From: Lepidodermella squamata
Lineage: Eukaryota; Animalia; Gastrotricha
DNA length: 64,000 bases
Assembly: GCA_047495785.1 (NCBI GenBank)
Contig: JBLDXI010000001.1
Coordinates: 248,001-312,000 of the forward strand
Direction of reading: 5' to 3'
Position 1 is the first letter of the stretch, and each line of letters opens with the position of its first letter. A model generated the notes under the pieces. That model was not told the DNA's origin. It saw only the letters and a program-made list of their open reading frames with translations, and made no database searches. The position numbers were made by a program, and so were the translations under genes. Of this stretch, positions 22,801 through 36,305 are shown one piece after another.

Positions 22801-25800
22801 CTACCGATTGCCGGAGTGTATTGAGCGATGGCACGCAGAGTATTCAATGGGCTTTGAGAATCAAGGAAATACCAGAAAATTAGACAGCGGTTGCCACTAG
22901 CCGTGAAAGTTGTGCTTTTAGTCAGCCTCACATCTGAGGTCGTTTTCCCGGTCACGGACATTGCATATCCATACGATGTTCCAGTGGTATGATCAACCGA
23001 AATAGCGCTTTGTGCTGTTATCAAAAATATATTCATGTGTAAGGCATAACCTAGATAAAAAATATGTTTACTTCGTCGCCAAGTCGGATTTGAGCTGTCC
23101 GAAACCCAATCGCATTGATCGCTTTCAAAGTCGCAGGCATTCGAGGTAATTTTGGGACAGCCACCCTCGAACAATGCAGTTGATTTTACCGAAAAGACTC
23201 CAGACCAGCGTGTGTCGTTCGAGGAAGATTCGGCGGTAACCCCAAACTTCAACGTGAAATCGTAGTTGGAGTCGATGGGCAAGCTCACTGAGCGGTATTT
23301 GTAGCCCTGAGAACCCAGGCGAGCAAAAATGACTCGTTCGCCGCCATTTGATATCAGCGTTGCCATTGTCGTGCCAGGATAGCTGCCGTGAAAAGCGTAC
23401 TCCATCTGGAAGCAGTACTTGCCGCCGGCAGCAGGAGTCGAAGTTAGCCATGCGTTGAAACTGTCACCAGTCAACATGTAAGAGATAGTGGCTGTCGATT
23501 CTGCAATAATAGGACATAATTAGACTCGCTGCAATTTAAGATGAAAAATATTGCCTTGGTTCATTGGGTCGACCTTTGCTTCCCAACGAATCGAGTTGTC
23601 CGAAGTTTCCCGTTGCCACAAGCAGAACGGATTGGCTGCGTCTTTGAAATCGCAAGTCAGTGCTCGAGAGCCTAACATAACATTTTTTGGAGATCATTCA
23701 ATAATAAAAAACAAGGATTTCTCACTTAAATCGACCGGGTTGTTCCCGCCAGGCAGAACCTTGCAGCCCGGAGCAGACGAATCGAAGAAGACATCGTCAA
23801 TGGCCAAGGCTCCGCTGTATTCGTCGCTGTTGTAGGTAGCCTCAAAGACAATTTGATAAGACTGTTTGAACGATGTAAGATCGATTGGCAGGGTTGCAGA
23901 TTGCCAATACGCGTTCGCACGATCGGTGGTCGACCAAAGAGTTCGCTCGCCCTCCGGAGTGGCGGCAATGACTCGAAGAGTCGTCATATCGTTCAAACTC
24001 GCTGCAGAACTGTAGAATGAAAACCGAAGACAGCCGACATCCCCAGCATTGCGCGGTTGACTTCTTAGGCGTGCCAAGTCACCGCGTCTCCGGAAGGGTG
24101 TCAATGGAGCGTAAGCGTATTGACCTTAATAGATTGAAAAGATAAGCACGCTAAAAATAAATGAAGCTGGAAACTTTACCATCGCTGGTCTTCAGCGTAT
24201 TGTCGAAGGCAATAGGACCGTCGTACAAACCGGAACCGATAAGCCAGTCGAATTTCGAGTTTTCCTCGTCGTTCTCCCAAGTGCATAAACCATTTTCGAA
24301 GTCGCATTTATCTTAACAGATTCAAAATTTAGGAATAAGTAAGTTTAATCCCAATAGACTTGAATAATTACCAGGATTCTCGCATGCATGCCTTAGAATT
24401 TTAATATCGTCGACAGCAAATACTTTGTTGGAAAAGCTTGACCCAAGGACATCGTATCGGGCGTTGAACACCAAGTTAAAACTAGAGCTGCCTTGCGATG
24501 CTGCAAAAAATTATTAGAGCTCAAAACTTGGATCAATTTTCGCAGCAATTTTTTACAGAAATCATGCTCTGCAAAACTCCAAGACGAAGGAGCACTAGGA
24601 AGGCCGCTAATGACAGGCCCTCTGTCGCAATTGTTGATACAAACATCCATCCCAGCATTACTGGATGATGAATCTGATCCCAACTTGTACCTGCATATGC
24701 AAATTGTTAAAGCATTCAGTTTTCTAGAAAATAGCCTTATCTTACCAGAATTGAAGGCAATACTGTGGTGGCGGTGGTGACTGGGACTCCGTGAAAGAAA
24801 CGCTTAGCTGAGAAACATAGCTCTGCCTGCCATCCGCAGATACCGAAGCGTAGGTTCCTGAAAAGGCGACGAATTCGAGGCCTTGGTTGATTTTCACACA
24901 AATTTACCTTTGGTTGTCTGCAGGGTATGATCTGAGCCGACAGCATTGAAAACCCACTTCCCATTGCCAGACACTGAAGTTGAGGTGGAACCGCAGGGCG
25001 CCGATGTACCATCTTCAAAATTGCATTCAAGCTCTAAAGAGACAAAATTTATACGCTTCCGATCGTGCAATATTTAAACCCCACCTCTTCTGGGACATGC
25101 TCCATTCGCAATAACAAGGTCATCTATAGCGACAGTTCCAGAATACTGTCGGGATTTTGTGCTTGAGAAGTAGAACTATAACAGATAGTAATAATTTGAG
25201 AGACAAAGCAATTCTCAAAACAATTTACGGGAATAGATGTGGAGGAAGCCGTGGTTGTATACTCGGCGTAGTTCCATGCCTTGCCTTTGTTTTCCGTGCG
25301 AACCCAATAATCGTCATTTCGCGAAATGAGTCCAGTTTTGAGACCGCTTGAAATAATTATACGAGATCCGTCAGCCCAATACCAGAAAGAAACGCAGTAT
25401 TTTCCAGTGGCAGGAACTCTAATATTGTTATTTAAATCGATGGACGGAGTTGTTGATGTACTGTATAATGTTGCGTAATAGTAATAGCCCGAGCCCGTAG
25501 TGTGATCACGGAATGGTCCCGAGCACCCCGCTCCTGTTCCAGATCCGCACGCTCGAACCCATCCGCTGCCAGTAGTGGTGAATGAGCAGGTATTCGCATC
25601 GAAGTTACAAGAAAACGCAACGTTTGATGGCGCTGAAAAGATGAAAATCTTTCGAATGTGATAAGCTGAGTAGAAAGCTAGTAAATATACCAAAGGTAGG
25701 ATAAGGCGTGACCGGAGTTGTGGTTGTTGGTAAGGGTCGTTGCGTGATCGGGTTGGTCGGAGAAGCTTCAGCCGGGTGCAAAGCGCCACTAATACCGTCG

Positions 25801-28800
25801 TAAACAACGATGTCATCAATGGCAAGCAAACCATAGCTGTTGGAACCGCGAGTGGCCTTGAAGGTAATCTGATACACATCGCTCGAGGCTGGCAAACTGA
25901 AACGCCCATATCGCCATTTTGATTCACGATCTTGCGAATCCTTGTGCCAAATCATCACTGGGCTTGTTTTACCGGCTTTAATATCTGTTTCCGACAATGT
26001 GTACGCTTCTAAAACACCCGACTCTGGCCCAGTGATGTAGTAGTAAAATGTAACAACTATGGGCACGCCGTAACCTTGAAGCCATTGGCTCTTGAGAACA
26101 GCTGTTTTCCCGAATTCGGCTCGGTGGACCAGTTGGTCAATAAAACCGAAGCCGCCAAGATTTTCGTAGCTAAGTGTGTGATCAGTTGGCGGCGTAGGAA
26201 TGCTAGTGAGGCCAGGCGCTGTTCCGATAAGCCACGGCATTGCTGTACTATCGGTGAAATCGGAGGAATATGAACACGTGGGCGATTCGAAGTTGCAGAC
26301 CGCTAAATAACAGGGGCTCCATCATAAAGCCACACTATACTTCCTGATCAACTTACATTTCCGAGGACAGGCATGCTGCAATACAACTAGGTCATCTATC
26401 GCTAACCAGCGTTGATTTGTGCTGCAAGAGACTCCATCAATCGGTTCCGCGTGGATCTCAAGCAGACCGTCATGGCCGTAAGCGGGTAAGGTCAAATACG
26501 CGTGTTTCCATTGCTCGATGTCATCGGAGGGTTCGCTTTGCACGGGGGACTTGGGGCCCGGCGCCACCAACTGGCTGAACCACAAATTATTGACACTGAT
26601 GCCGGCATGGAGCTTCACGCATTCACCACCACGTTGGTACCAGAACGAGGCGCAGTGCTCGTAGCTTGCATCATACCTTCGAAAAATTATTAAAACAATA
26701 GATTTCTCGACTTAAGCCTTAATTCTTGAACATACTTGATTTTGAATTCTGTCATCACAACAACATTACTCGCGATAGCGTAGTGACCTAACGCAGTCTG
26801 GAAAGTTTTGTCCACCAGTGGGCCACTCGGTCCCATTTCTTTAGCTTGTTTCACGGTAAATGGCTCAGCAACAGGGTCATTTTGCTGAACGCAGCCGTCA
26901 TGGCCCTCGAACGAACAAGAATGAGGTGGTGTTGGGAGACATGAATGGGGAGACAGCACAAAGTTGTCTAAAGCTATTCCGCCCAGGTATGACTTCATTG
27001 GTGGAGCCGCTTCTGCTTCAATAATTATCTATGAATAAGCATATTTGGTAAGTATGTTCAATCATTCCCGACATTCTAACTTACTGCAAAATTATTCTTC
27101 AAGCCCAAACTCGCGATGTCAATCTTAGCATCAACCCAAATGTCACCTTGCGAGCCGGTTCGTTGCCAAAGAACTCCTCGCTCCGGTGTATCCTCCTCAA
27201 CAATGTAAACCGAAAGTTTGCCCACGCTCGGGCCGAACATGTAGTACCCAAAATTGAAACAACCAACATTGTTAGGATCGAGTACTTGAGACGCGATATT
27301 GGCAACATTCGGTGAGGAGGTGTCAAAATCGCTAGACAGCGAAATGGGCAGGAGCAGGTAGTGGCCCTCGTCATTTTTCTTGAGAGTGAAATCACGACGT
27401 GGGCCGTTGATGCCATAGCCATTTTTCGCGGAAATAACGGTGAAATTTTTGTTGTCATTTTGAATTTGCCACGCTTGACAACCTGGCTTCCTCATGTCCT
27501 CAAAATCGCAATAGCCGTCATCATTCGCCAGCTTAACATACGTGAAGTAGTTCATAACCGGCTGAAATTTAGTGGTGCAATATTTGAACTGGGTTGTAAC
27601 GCACGAACTGCGAGTGGTCTCGTAAACAAAGGCAGCGCATGATTGATCAGCTTGGCAAAGCTGAGCGCATTTCCGTCGCGAAACAGAGTTGTATTTTGTT
27701 GATTGGCCCAAATAGCTGCAGACTCCCGAATACATAATGTATCCGCCGAATTCTAAAGTCATAGTAATTATTGTCAAGTGTGATCTGTATAGCTGCGAAT
27801 AAAATTACCGATTTTCTCGAAAGTTTCTCGGTCGCTGACTGTTTTCAGCGTGGTACATGGCTCAGGGTGCAAAAAGCATTCCTTTCCGACGGGCGCGTAA
27901 ACAAACGCTCCGCAAGTATTGTCCGCATCGCACTCTTCGGCGCATGAATCTGGGGTAAGCTTAGCAGAGAGTGATTTCGAAGGGACTGAATCACACTGTC
28001 CAATTTGTCCGAAATATTTTGGCACAACTTTTCGCTCGTAAACCCGCCGATCCGTGTTGGAGACCAAGGTCGGGCAGTTATTCGATTTCAACATGCACGT
28101 TCTCTTCGAATGATCGTAGACAAAAACCTTACAATTGTCACCCTCTTTCTTGCAATCGCGGTCACATTCACGCAGCGAAATGTCCTTGTATGTAGCGATC
28201 GTTGGAACCGTTGACTGACAGTCACCGACGCGCGAGTAAAATTCATCGACCTCTGATTTGGGATAGTGAAATTGCTTGCAGAAATTAATTAAAAAATTCA
28301 AGAATACCACTCGGGGGCCATTTGAGATTTTCGCTGATGTCAGGCATGGCGCAAAAATCGCCATTCTTGGGTTCAGGCTTGCCTGGTGAAAAATTATGCA
28401 TTGGTCGCAAGTTCAAAGCCTATTTATATTCCGCTTACATGAACAACGGCCATCGGTAAATGAGAAGTCATCAAGCATGAATCCACCTTGCGCTTTAATG
28501 ATGAGCTATTAACGATATGGATTGCTGGCTTAGTAATATTCGATGTCCTGCAAAGAACTTACGCGATGGTAAGAGCGTGAATGGTACGAGAATGAAGCAT
28601 AGACCCAATGTGCCAAAGGTTCTGAGGTGGACTGATGTTCGTATACCAGCTTTTCATCTTCGCTAGGAGCCTCGCCGTGATGCTGCAAGGGCTCAACGTA
28701 AACCGAAATACTGCCGGCATTTGTTCCAGGGTTCATCCAAAAGCTAACGCAGCGAGCACTTGTTGGATCAAGGGTACCACCGCTTCTCAATTTGCTCACT

Positions 28801-30663
28801 GCATCCGCGTCCTCAGATGCATACATGTAACCCGCTGAAAAGTTTCAAGTTAATTCATCAAAGCTACATATACTCATTAATTATACCTGAGCTACTCATA
28901 AAGGTGTGATCGAAAACCGATGACATCAGGAATGACAAAGTGTGGCTGTGACAATAGAATCAGTCAATCAGAGGATGGGCACATTTTAAGTTTAATCTTA
29001 CACTGATGGTACTTGAATCCAGCTGTGATAGGTCGAATCGACGTCTGTTGTCTCCCAATACGGCATGATATTTTCAAAGTCGTCATCGCCTAGAATTATC
29101 ATGTGTCGTATTTGAACTTGGAAATTTAAATCACGACTTGTTTACCATTACGACGGCAGTAATCTTCCTCAACGCTGTCAAATGACGACAAATCATCAAT
29201 TGCAATACCACCCCCATAAGGACTGCAAAATCGACCTTCGATCGAAAACTAAAAAGATGAAAAAATCAAGTGTTTAACTCCCATATTTTCCAAGCGTCAT
29301 GAATTTTCCCACCCTGAGAGAGGCTCTAGAGTTTAGTTCCAAATGCCGAACCCATGACATGTCGATGTAGGCATGCATAGCGGTCCAGCTCTTATCGTTA
29401 ACGTCCATGTTCAAACGGCCGACCCATGGCGTGCTGATTATGTTAATACTGTCACCTTCGACCCGATTGAGATGGATGTAAAGAGTTGCAGATCGATAGG
29501 CGGTTCCTTCGGAGCCACTCTTCGTTAAGGCTCTGGCGTAGAATCGCATACAATAGCTGCCCTTATTGATATCTATAGGACGATCATTTTTCTCCTCGAT
29601 ATGCCCATAATAGCAACCCCCTTCTGGTGCAATCAACGCCATCACACCACCTTCCTCCGATCGTGTCGTGTGGTCTGTATCAAGGGGTGGAACTTCCGCT
29701 GGTTCGACTTCGAACCACTGAATTGCTGTACTTTCGTTTTTCCAAGGGCTAGGCCACTCGCCAGGACCAGCCGCCTGCCATATCTCGCAGTCAAGCCCGC
29801 CATCGAAGGTGCAATACGGTGGGTCTAAGGTTTTACTTGATTTATAACAGACAAAAAAATGTGAGTTTTGAATTACTGTAGTTTGGGTTTTCGCAGTAGC
29901 CGCCTACTAGCGTGTCAATTGCAACAATGCCATGATATCCTGAACCGAAAACTTCAGCTCGGAAATAAATCTCGCATTGATCTGCAGGGTCGTTGGAAAC
30001 ATGCGCTTTCGCAAACTGCCATCCTGGACGCAGCTGGCTGGACCCGTCGGTTTGCCAGATGACTGTCTCTTTTCCTGCAATATCTGTGCTCTCTCCGCCA
30101 GGCAAGCACTGTAAGGAGGACGTATTAATACTCATCGTGCTTATTTTAGTACTCATGTTGGAGTGCTTTCAACTTACGTCTCTGATAATCTGCAGCTTAG
30201 CGATACTTGTTCCGAATAAATAGTACTGAAAGTTGAGGCATTTGACGTCATCCGATGTGACAACCAGAGGTGTTTTCATAACCGCCAAGTCCCCAACAGA
30301 TAATTTCTCAGGCATTACATCGAGATACAGATAGCCTCCGTCTATTTCGTCAGTATGAAATTAAGTTCGAAGCTTTCGAAAATTTTGCACATACCACTTT
30401 GACCTTCCCCATCTGTTTTGGGCAAATCCTGTCCTGGGGAATCTTTAGCAACTGTTCTTGTCCATTTTAGTGTGGTGTTATCTGGGGACTGATCAAGGCA
30501 AACATTTGTGTCGTCGTCGAATGTGCATAGCAGTTCCGTTCGACCGGTAATTGATAACGAAACTATTTTTGAACCATCAAATGTTGCTCGGAAAATTTTA
30601 ATTGTTTGAATTTTACTGACCTGTTATTGCTAATATGAATATGAAGCTGCGTTGGCTATTCAT
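16807..30663 (-). CDS. Giant MAM/LDLa domain protein, 5' part: signal peptide, about 19-20 MAM domains, 3 PAN/apple-like modules, about 3 LDLa repeats; same gene as 3741-9825; multi-exon
   Basis: ATG at 30663 (MNSQRSFIFILAITG, hydrophobic leader) is followed by LLCTFDDD... and serial MAM signatures in the minus-strand ORFs from 30540 to 16810, separated by ~50-nt introns. PAN-like C...C.....C.aFVY.....C.L motifs lie at 27540-28240. Confidence 0.9.
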
Positions 30664-31310
30664 TAGCAATATGAATGGCCAGGCAACAACTCAAGCACGC
30701 GATGTCTGTTATCACTAAGGAAAGCAATTCGAAACCTATCGAATCTAAATCAAAGAACACAACTATTGTTTCAAGTATAAATAATTATGTGTCGAAGTAT
30801 TTAACAATTAGCCTGATGACAAAATAGAGTTTACTCCGGGGATTTCTTATCTTTTCGCTGTTTTTGCGTCTTATAAACGCCAACATTTCGCGTTTCAGAG
30901 CTTCTTATCTCCTGAGCTTGTTTGAATTTGCCTACTTAGATAACCATTTCATGTATCCGGCGCAATGATGTCTCGTGCTTCAATTTTTTATTCTCTCCAT
31001 CCTACCGATATAAATTAATTGATGTGTATCTGCGCCCGGTGCAGTGTTTAGATACAAAGTTCAAACCCACTCAAAACAACTTATCATTGGGCGTGCCACG
31101 ATATCTTGCCGACCTGATAAGGCTACCGTTAACATTTCACAGCTTGTGTGAAATTTGCCACGGTTCTGAAGGCGGGCTGGACAAGTGAAGGAAGAGCAAT
31201 TGAAGGCCGAGTTATTCATGAAAAGCATATTTTTATTTAATGTTTCGCTGACAACTTTGGCACAATAAAATTCTCATCAACAGAATAAAAATCGTGCAAT
31301 AGCATTTATA

Positions 31311-32237
31311 TCATTTTATTCGGACAACCAAGAATCCAGGGGTGACGTCGGGCTCATCTGGCTTCGGGAACAGCTTTTTATTTTTCAGTTTCAAAGGCAT
31401 GCTGTACCAATCAAAGAAATTAGCTTCCCACCATGACTTCCGATCAATGTAAGCGTTCAATGCTTCTTCGGCATCATCATAACTTCGCCACAAACGCGCG
31501 CGGTTGTCCCCAAATGATTGAGTTTTTGTGTGCAAATAACTATTTGGTGGACTCATAGCAGCGGACGGCTGAGCTTTGGCTTTGAGGCTCGAAGACGAAG
31601 TTTGAATGGGTCGACTTTCTTGCAAGAGCAAATCAGCTCGGAAAGTAACAGATGGTGAAAGAAATCGATTGTAAGAAACGGTCAGAGCGTGTCGATCTAA
31701 TCGCTCTAGTGAAGGTAAGGCTTCCACGATTCTGGCTTGGTAATTTTCTTCTTGAGATACCGGATTATTAAATAAGGTCAGTGTTCGCAACGAGGTCATC
31801 CGTTTTAGGTTATTGCAAATTTCAGCAACATCCCGCAGCTGGTTACAGTGGAGGCATAAAACTTGTAATCCTTGATGAAAGATAACGTTTGAGCTACGAA
31901 AAATTGCATGCTGAATTCACTAACCGGAAATTTTCCGCAATCCGCTGATATCGCATATTTCATTTTCCTGAAGATAGAGCTCTTTCAAACGAACATTTAG
32001 CGACAGAAAATTGACGTCACGAAGTTTATTTGATGCAAGCCATACGACATTAAGGTTGGTGTAGCGCCCAAAAGAGGGCAGTGAATTGAAATTTTTATAG
32101 CTTAGATACAAATTGCGAAGATCCTTCAGTCGTTTTAGACCTTGCCGCGCCATTTGCGATTCAATGAAATCCACGCTAGGTAGATCGCCCAGTGTATTTT
32201 GAGGATTGTTCCTCTTGTTTTCGCTTTTGGCAAGCAT
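31311..32237 (-). CDS. LRRC72: Leucine-rich repeat-containing protein 72-like (SDS22-type LRRs plus LRRcap); 2 exons
   Basis: Sequence LRNLYLSYKNF...LNVVWLASNKL...LKELYLQENEICDISGL|LQVLCLHCNQL...LRTLTLFNNPVSQEENYQARIVEALPSLERLD; the intron acceptor is at 31871. Confidence 0.7.
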
Positions 32238-33234
32238 CGATCATAAATTGCAGAGGATCAACAGGTTTTTGATAAACTAGTTCTGCAGTTAAGTTCTAAA
32301 CACGAAAAACAATGATCAATTTAAACATTTCAAGTGGAAACTACCTGGAAAAATGCTACGACACCGTGTTTCGTGAAATGAAGAAATGACTTCTGAAGCG
32401 GGTCGTTCTCGGTTTCGAATTGCTGAGATTTGAAAGGAGGCAATGAAAACTTTTGTGTCTTTGTGCTAAACACTGCTTCTGTCGGCGTTTTTGCGGAGTT
32501 TTCATTCATTTCCCAGCGAATGAAACGGCACAATCTTACTACTCAAAAAACGAAAAGCAGAACTGTTAGGGAAATCGTTGTCATAACAACTGGTAAAATT
32601 AAACTGTAAAATTAAAATTAAGCTATTCATTTTTGTGCAAAAGTAAATTTTCTCAATATTTTGTTGAAACCCAAAAATCTACTGATTAATTCAGGTCGCT
32701 GATCGGAGAAATCGTCGGTCGATGCGCGGGTTTTTTCCCGTTGAGTTGCCGAAGTGCTCAAGGACGATAACCGAAAAAACAGGTGTGCTGTTTACAAGAA
32801 TGGGACACCAGCTAGAAGGAATCTGCTGTTATAGAAAGAATATTTATTTTCTGCCAAAAGAGTATAGTCCCAATTCAATCCGGATGAAAGTTCCGGATTT
32901 TGTGTCCACTGGAATCAGTCCAGTGCTTGCCCCACCCTCCCCTCACGCCAAACCCCACTTTTCACTAGTTAACGGTCACATACAAAGCATAAAGAATAAT
33001 ATCTACTCATTTTTATACGATCCGTCGTGGCTGAGTTGCTTTTGCTACTTGGTTGCACCGGTCTCTCATTGCTCTCTTCCTGATACTGTATCCAGCTGAG
33101 TAAACTTTTAGCTTACGCTTAAATTTTGCGAACAAGCGCAAATAGTATTGGTTTACGCTCTCGGAAATTTTGATAGCGTTTCATAATTATTCTTTACATC
33201 TAATCTGCAGAACTTTAGACCAGCTAACAAACTT

Positions 33235-35991
33235 ATGAATTTTGCCAAATCACTCAAAAGTTCAGACTACAAGGAATTCGTTAGTATTTTCAACGCGGAA
33301 AATGCCAAGCTGATAGCATTCGTAATCGCCTTGTGGTTATTCGTGTTTCATGCCTACTTTTACTTCACTTACGGTAAATTATCGTTTTGAAAACTTATCC
33401 ATGCTAAATAAACCTTTCATCGCCCACTTGTTTAGGCAGTGATCGGTGTGAATGGGTGCTCAAGCTTGGTCGCCCGGTTGCAAGCGACTCGTGGATGGCA
33501 TACGGATGCATGTTGCATCATTACAACTCGAAGGACGCTAAACTTTGCATGAATTATATTGCTTATTGGGGCGGTCAAAACCGGCTAGTATTTGTTGGAG
33601 ATTCGCGAATACGACAGCTTTACGAAGAAGTAGTTTCGCTATTTCAACCGATTAAAAACAAGACAAAGAAGCACTCTGATCTGGAATACGTTGATGAAAA
33701 AATTGCGCTGGAGTTGATGTTTCGATGGCAGCCCATGGTAAATGAATCGATGTATGCTGATTTCAAAAGTTGGGTCGATGCTGAGAAGCACAACAGACCT
33801 ACTCTGGTCGTTGTGGGTTCGGGAACTTGGGCTATCAAAGAAAACAATGGATCTATTGCAGCGAGGGCGAACTTTCGCGCTAATCTGACGACAATTATGC
33901 CGCTCATTGAGAAGCTGCATCATACTAGTGCGGTCATTTGGATGATGCAGGATGATGTGATCGAAAATTTGTTAACGCCAAATCGATCAATGATTACTAA
34001 CGAGCAAATCAGCCTGTATAACTCGGCTGTTCTAGAGCTATTCCGCTACTCAAGTGCCTCCATTTGGTCGTCGAATCGTCTGATTTCACAGGCCTATCCT
34101 TCATTCAATGGTGACGGCCTTCACATGAGTGACAATGCCCTTCGCCTTGATGCTCAACTCTTAATGAACTACTACTGCAATAGACACTTGAATCACCCGG
34201 ATGCCACTTGTTGTAGAACACCGGAGCACATGACATTTTCCCAGGCAACTGTTGGCATCGTCTATATTTTCGCTGTTGTCGCTTCGCTAATCGCTGCGAT
34301 TTCTTGGCGAGCAAGGTCGAATGGCGGAAATGGCAGTCGAAATCAGGTAGCACCGGTCGCGCCACAAGCAGCCAACGGCGCAGCGACAACTTCGTCGTCA
34401 ATCGCTCAGCCTTCATGGCTTTCGAGCTTTCTGTCAACCTTTGCTCGTTTCTCTCTTATTATGCTCTACATGTATGTTTGTGATCGAACGGACTTCTTCA
34501 TGCGAGAAAACAAGCAATCAGGTCTAGTGAACTTTTTCTTGCCCCTCGTTTACGCTTTGGCGCTAGGCATTTTCTTCACCGAACGGTAGCTTGCTAAGCT
34601 TGCGTTTAGCTATCGTTAACATATCGTTTTTAACCCATTGCGTAGACTGGAAGGAAGGCATGCTGGTTTCTTGAATCGGTTCCAAACCGAAGAATGGAAA
34701 GGCTGGATGCAAGTCACAATCCTGCTCTATCACCTAAGCGGCGCCTCAGCAGTCGTTCCTGTTTACGCTGTTGTTCGAGCCTTGGTTTCCGCATACATTT
34801 TCCTAAATGGCTATGCCCACACAACTTACTTCCTATCGGGTGGAAGCTTCGGTTTGCATAGAATCTGTAAACAACTCTTCCGCCTCAACTTTCTCACTTT
34901 CATGATGTAAGTTAATTTTTGTAATGGTATGAGTTACTTGATCCGATTTTCTAGGTGCTTGACAATGAACCGGCCTTACATGTTCTACTACTTCGTCCCG
35001 CTGATAACATTTTGGTTTCTGACAGTGTGCTTTTTCTTCTCTATTCCTCCGAGGCCGCTACTTCGGCCTGCGGAAATTCCGTCTTCGAACGGTACACAGC
35101 CCCTGCTGGTTTCGGGGGTTATCATGTGGCCAGTTCTCAACACCCTGATTCGTTTATTTTTGCTATTCTGCTTCATCAGTATTCTTCATTATTCAGAATC
35201 TTTCTTCAGTCAGGTTTGATAAATCACTGCTTCATCTCCAAATGTTTAATCATTGATTTTTTCAGATCTTTTTGTGGGCTCCTATCAAATTTTTATTCGT
35301 GACCAGTGACGACAGCCTTCACGAGTGGCGTTTCCGTTGGGAGGTTGACCGCTATTCAGCCCTATCTGGCTGCGCCTTCGGTCTAATTGTAGCTTTGCTG
35401 CGGCAAAGATCGCTACTACCGGACTCGGATACTGCGGCTTGTCGGCCTCTGTCTGCACTTTTTGTCGCAATCGGCTCCGTCACGGTGCTAATCGGTTACA
35501 TTCTATGGACATTACTGTGTTCCAATAAGGTGAGGATTATAAATCATTGTGAGATAGATTTGTAAACTGTTTAAATTCTAATTTAGCAAATGTGTAATCA
35601 AGTGCATCCTTGGATTGTTGGACCTGTCGTTCTCAGCTACGTGCTGCTTCGGAATCTCCCCTCTGCTATACGGTCTCGATATTCATCATTCCTGGCGTGG
35701 TTCGGGCACATTTCTCTCGAGCTGTTTCTTGCTCAGTACCACATCTGGCTCGCCTCTGATACTCGAGGAGTTTTAGTACTCATCCCGAATTACCCGGCTC
35801 TCAACATCCTGATCACCTCTTTCCTCTTTGTGGCTGCAAGCCACGAGCTGCAGGCAGCTACAGGCCGCTTGGCGGATATGCTGATACCCGATGCAACCCA
35901 TCTTCTCATTAGGAACTTTGTTCTTTTCTCGCTATCACTGTTGCTTGCTGCCAACTTTCACCTATTCATGCCCCGTGCCAATACCGTTTGA
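33235..35991 (+). CDS. CASD1: CAS1 domain-containing protein 1 (sialate O-acetyltransferase-like); multi-exon
   Basis: N-terminal TM, GCMLHHY, catalytic FVGDSRIRQ and DGLH motifs of the SGNH-like domain, then the Cas1_AcylT membrane part: LNRFQTEEWKGWMQ, YFVPLITFWF, HEWRFRW.VDRY, WFGHISLELFLAQYHIWLA.DT.GVLVLIP. Confidence 0.93.
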
Positions 35992-36305
35992 ATGAGCCGA
36001 ACTTACTGAGCTAAAAACTAATTTTGAATCATGTGATGTTGTGCTTATAGATTGTGACTCCTTTGCATGTAGTCATCTTTATAATCGGTTAATCACGACT
36101 GATAACTTAAGGCTATGAAATGGCGTTTTTTGGTGTTGTCTTTTGGAGAGAGTGAACATTTTCTTTTCTCTCGGATGTTGTTAAAGCTGATGAACCTCAT
36201 ATTTATGTTATATTTATAATATACTGCGTGAAATCGAAATACAAAATTTTCTTCATGATACATTACCGAAACCTAGATTGCTTTAACAGCTGTATTGTTG
36301 TTCAA

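Noticed and set aside
24393-25030. Apparent non-MAM Cys-rich ORFs (possible lectin domain)
   Set aside because: Another frame reads ELECNFEDG...DHTLQTTKG, an ordinary MAM domain broken into short exons.
3741-30663. Treating the many minus-strand MAM/LDLa ORFs as separate genes or frameshifted pseudogenes
   Set aside because: The frame changes I checked coincide with ~50-nt GT-AG introns, and there is one signal peptide and one TM/tail, so this is a single gene split by the transposon.
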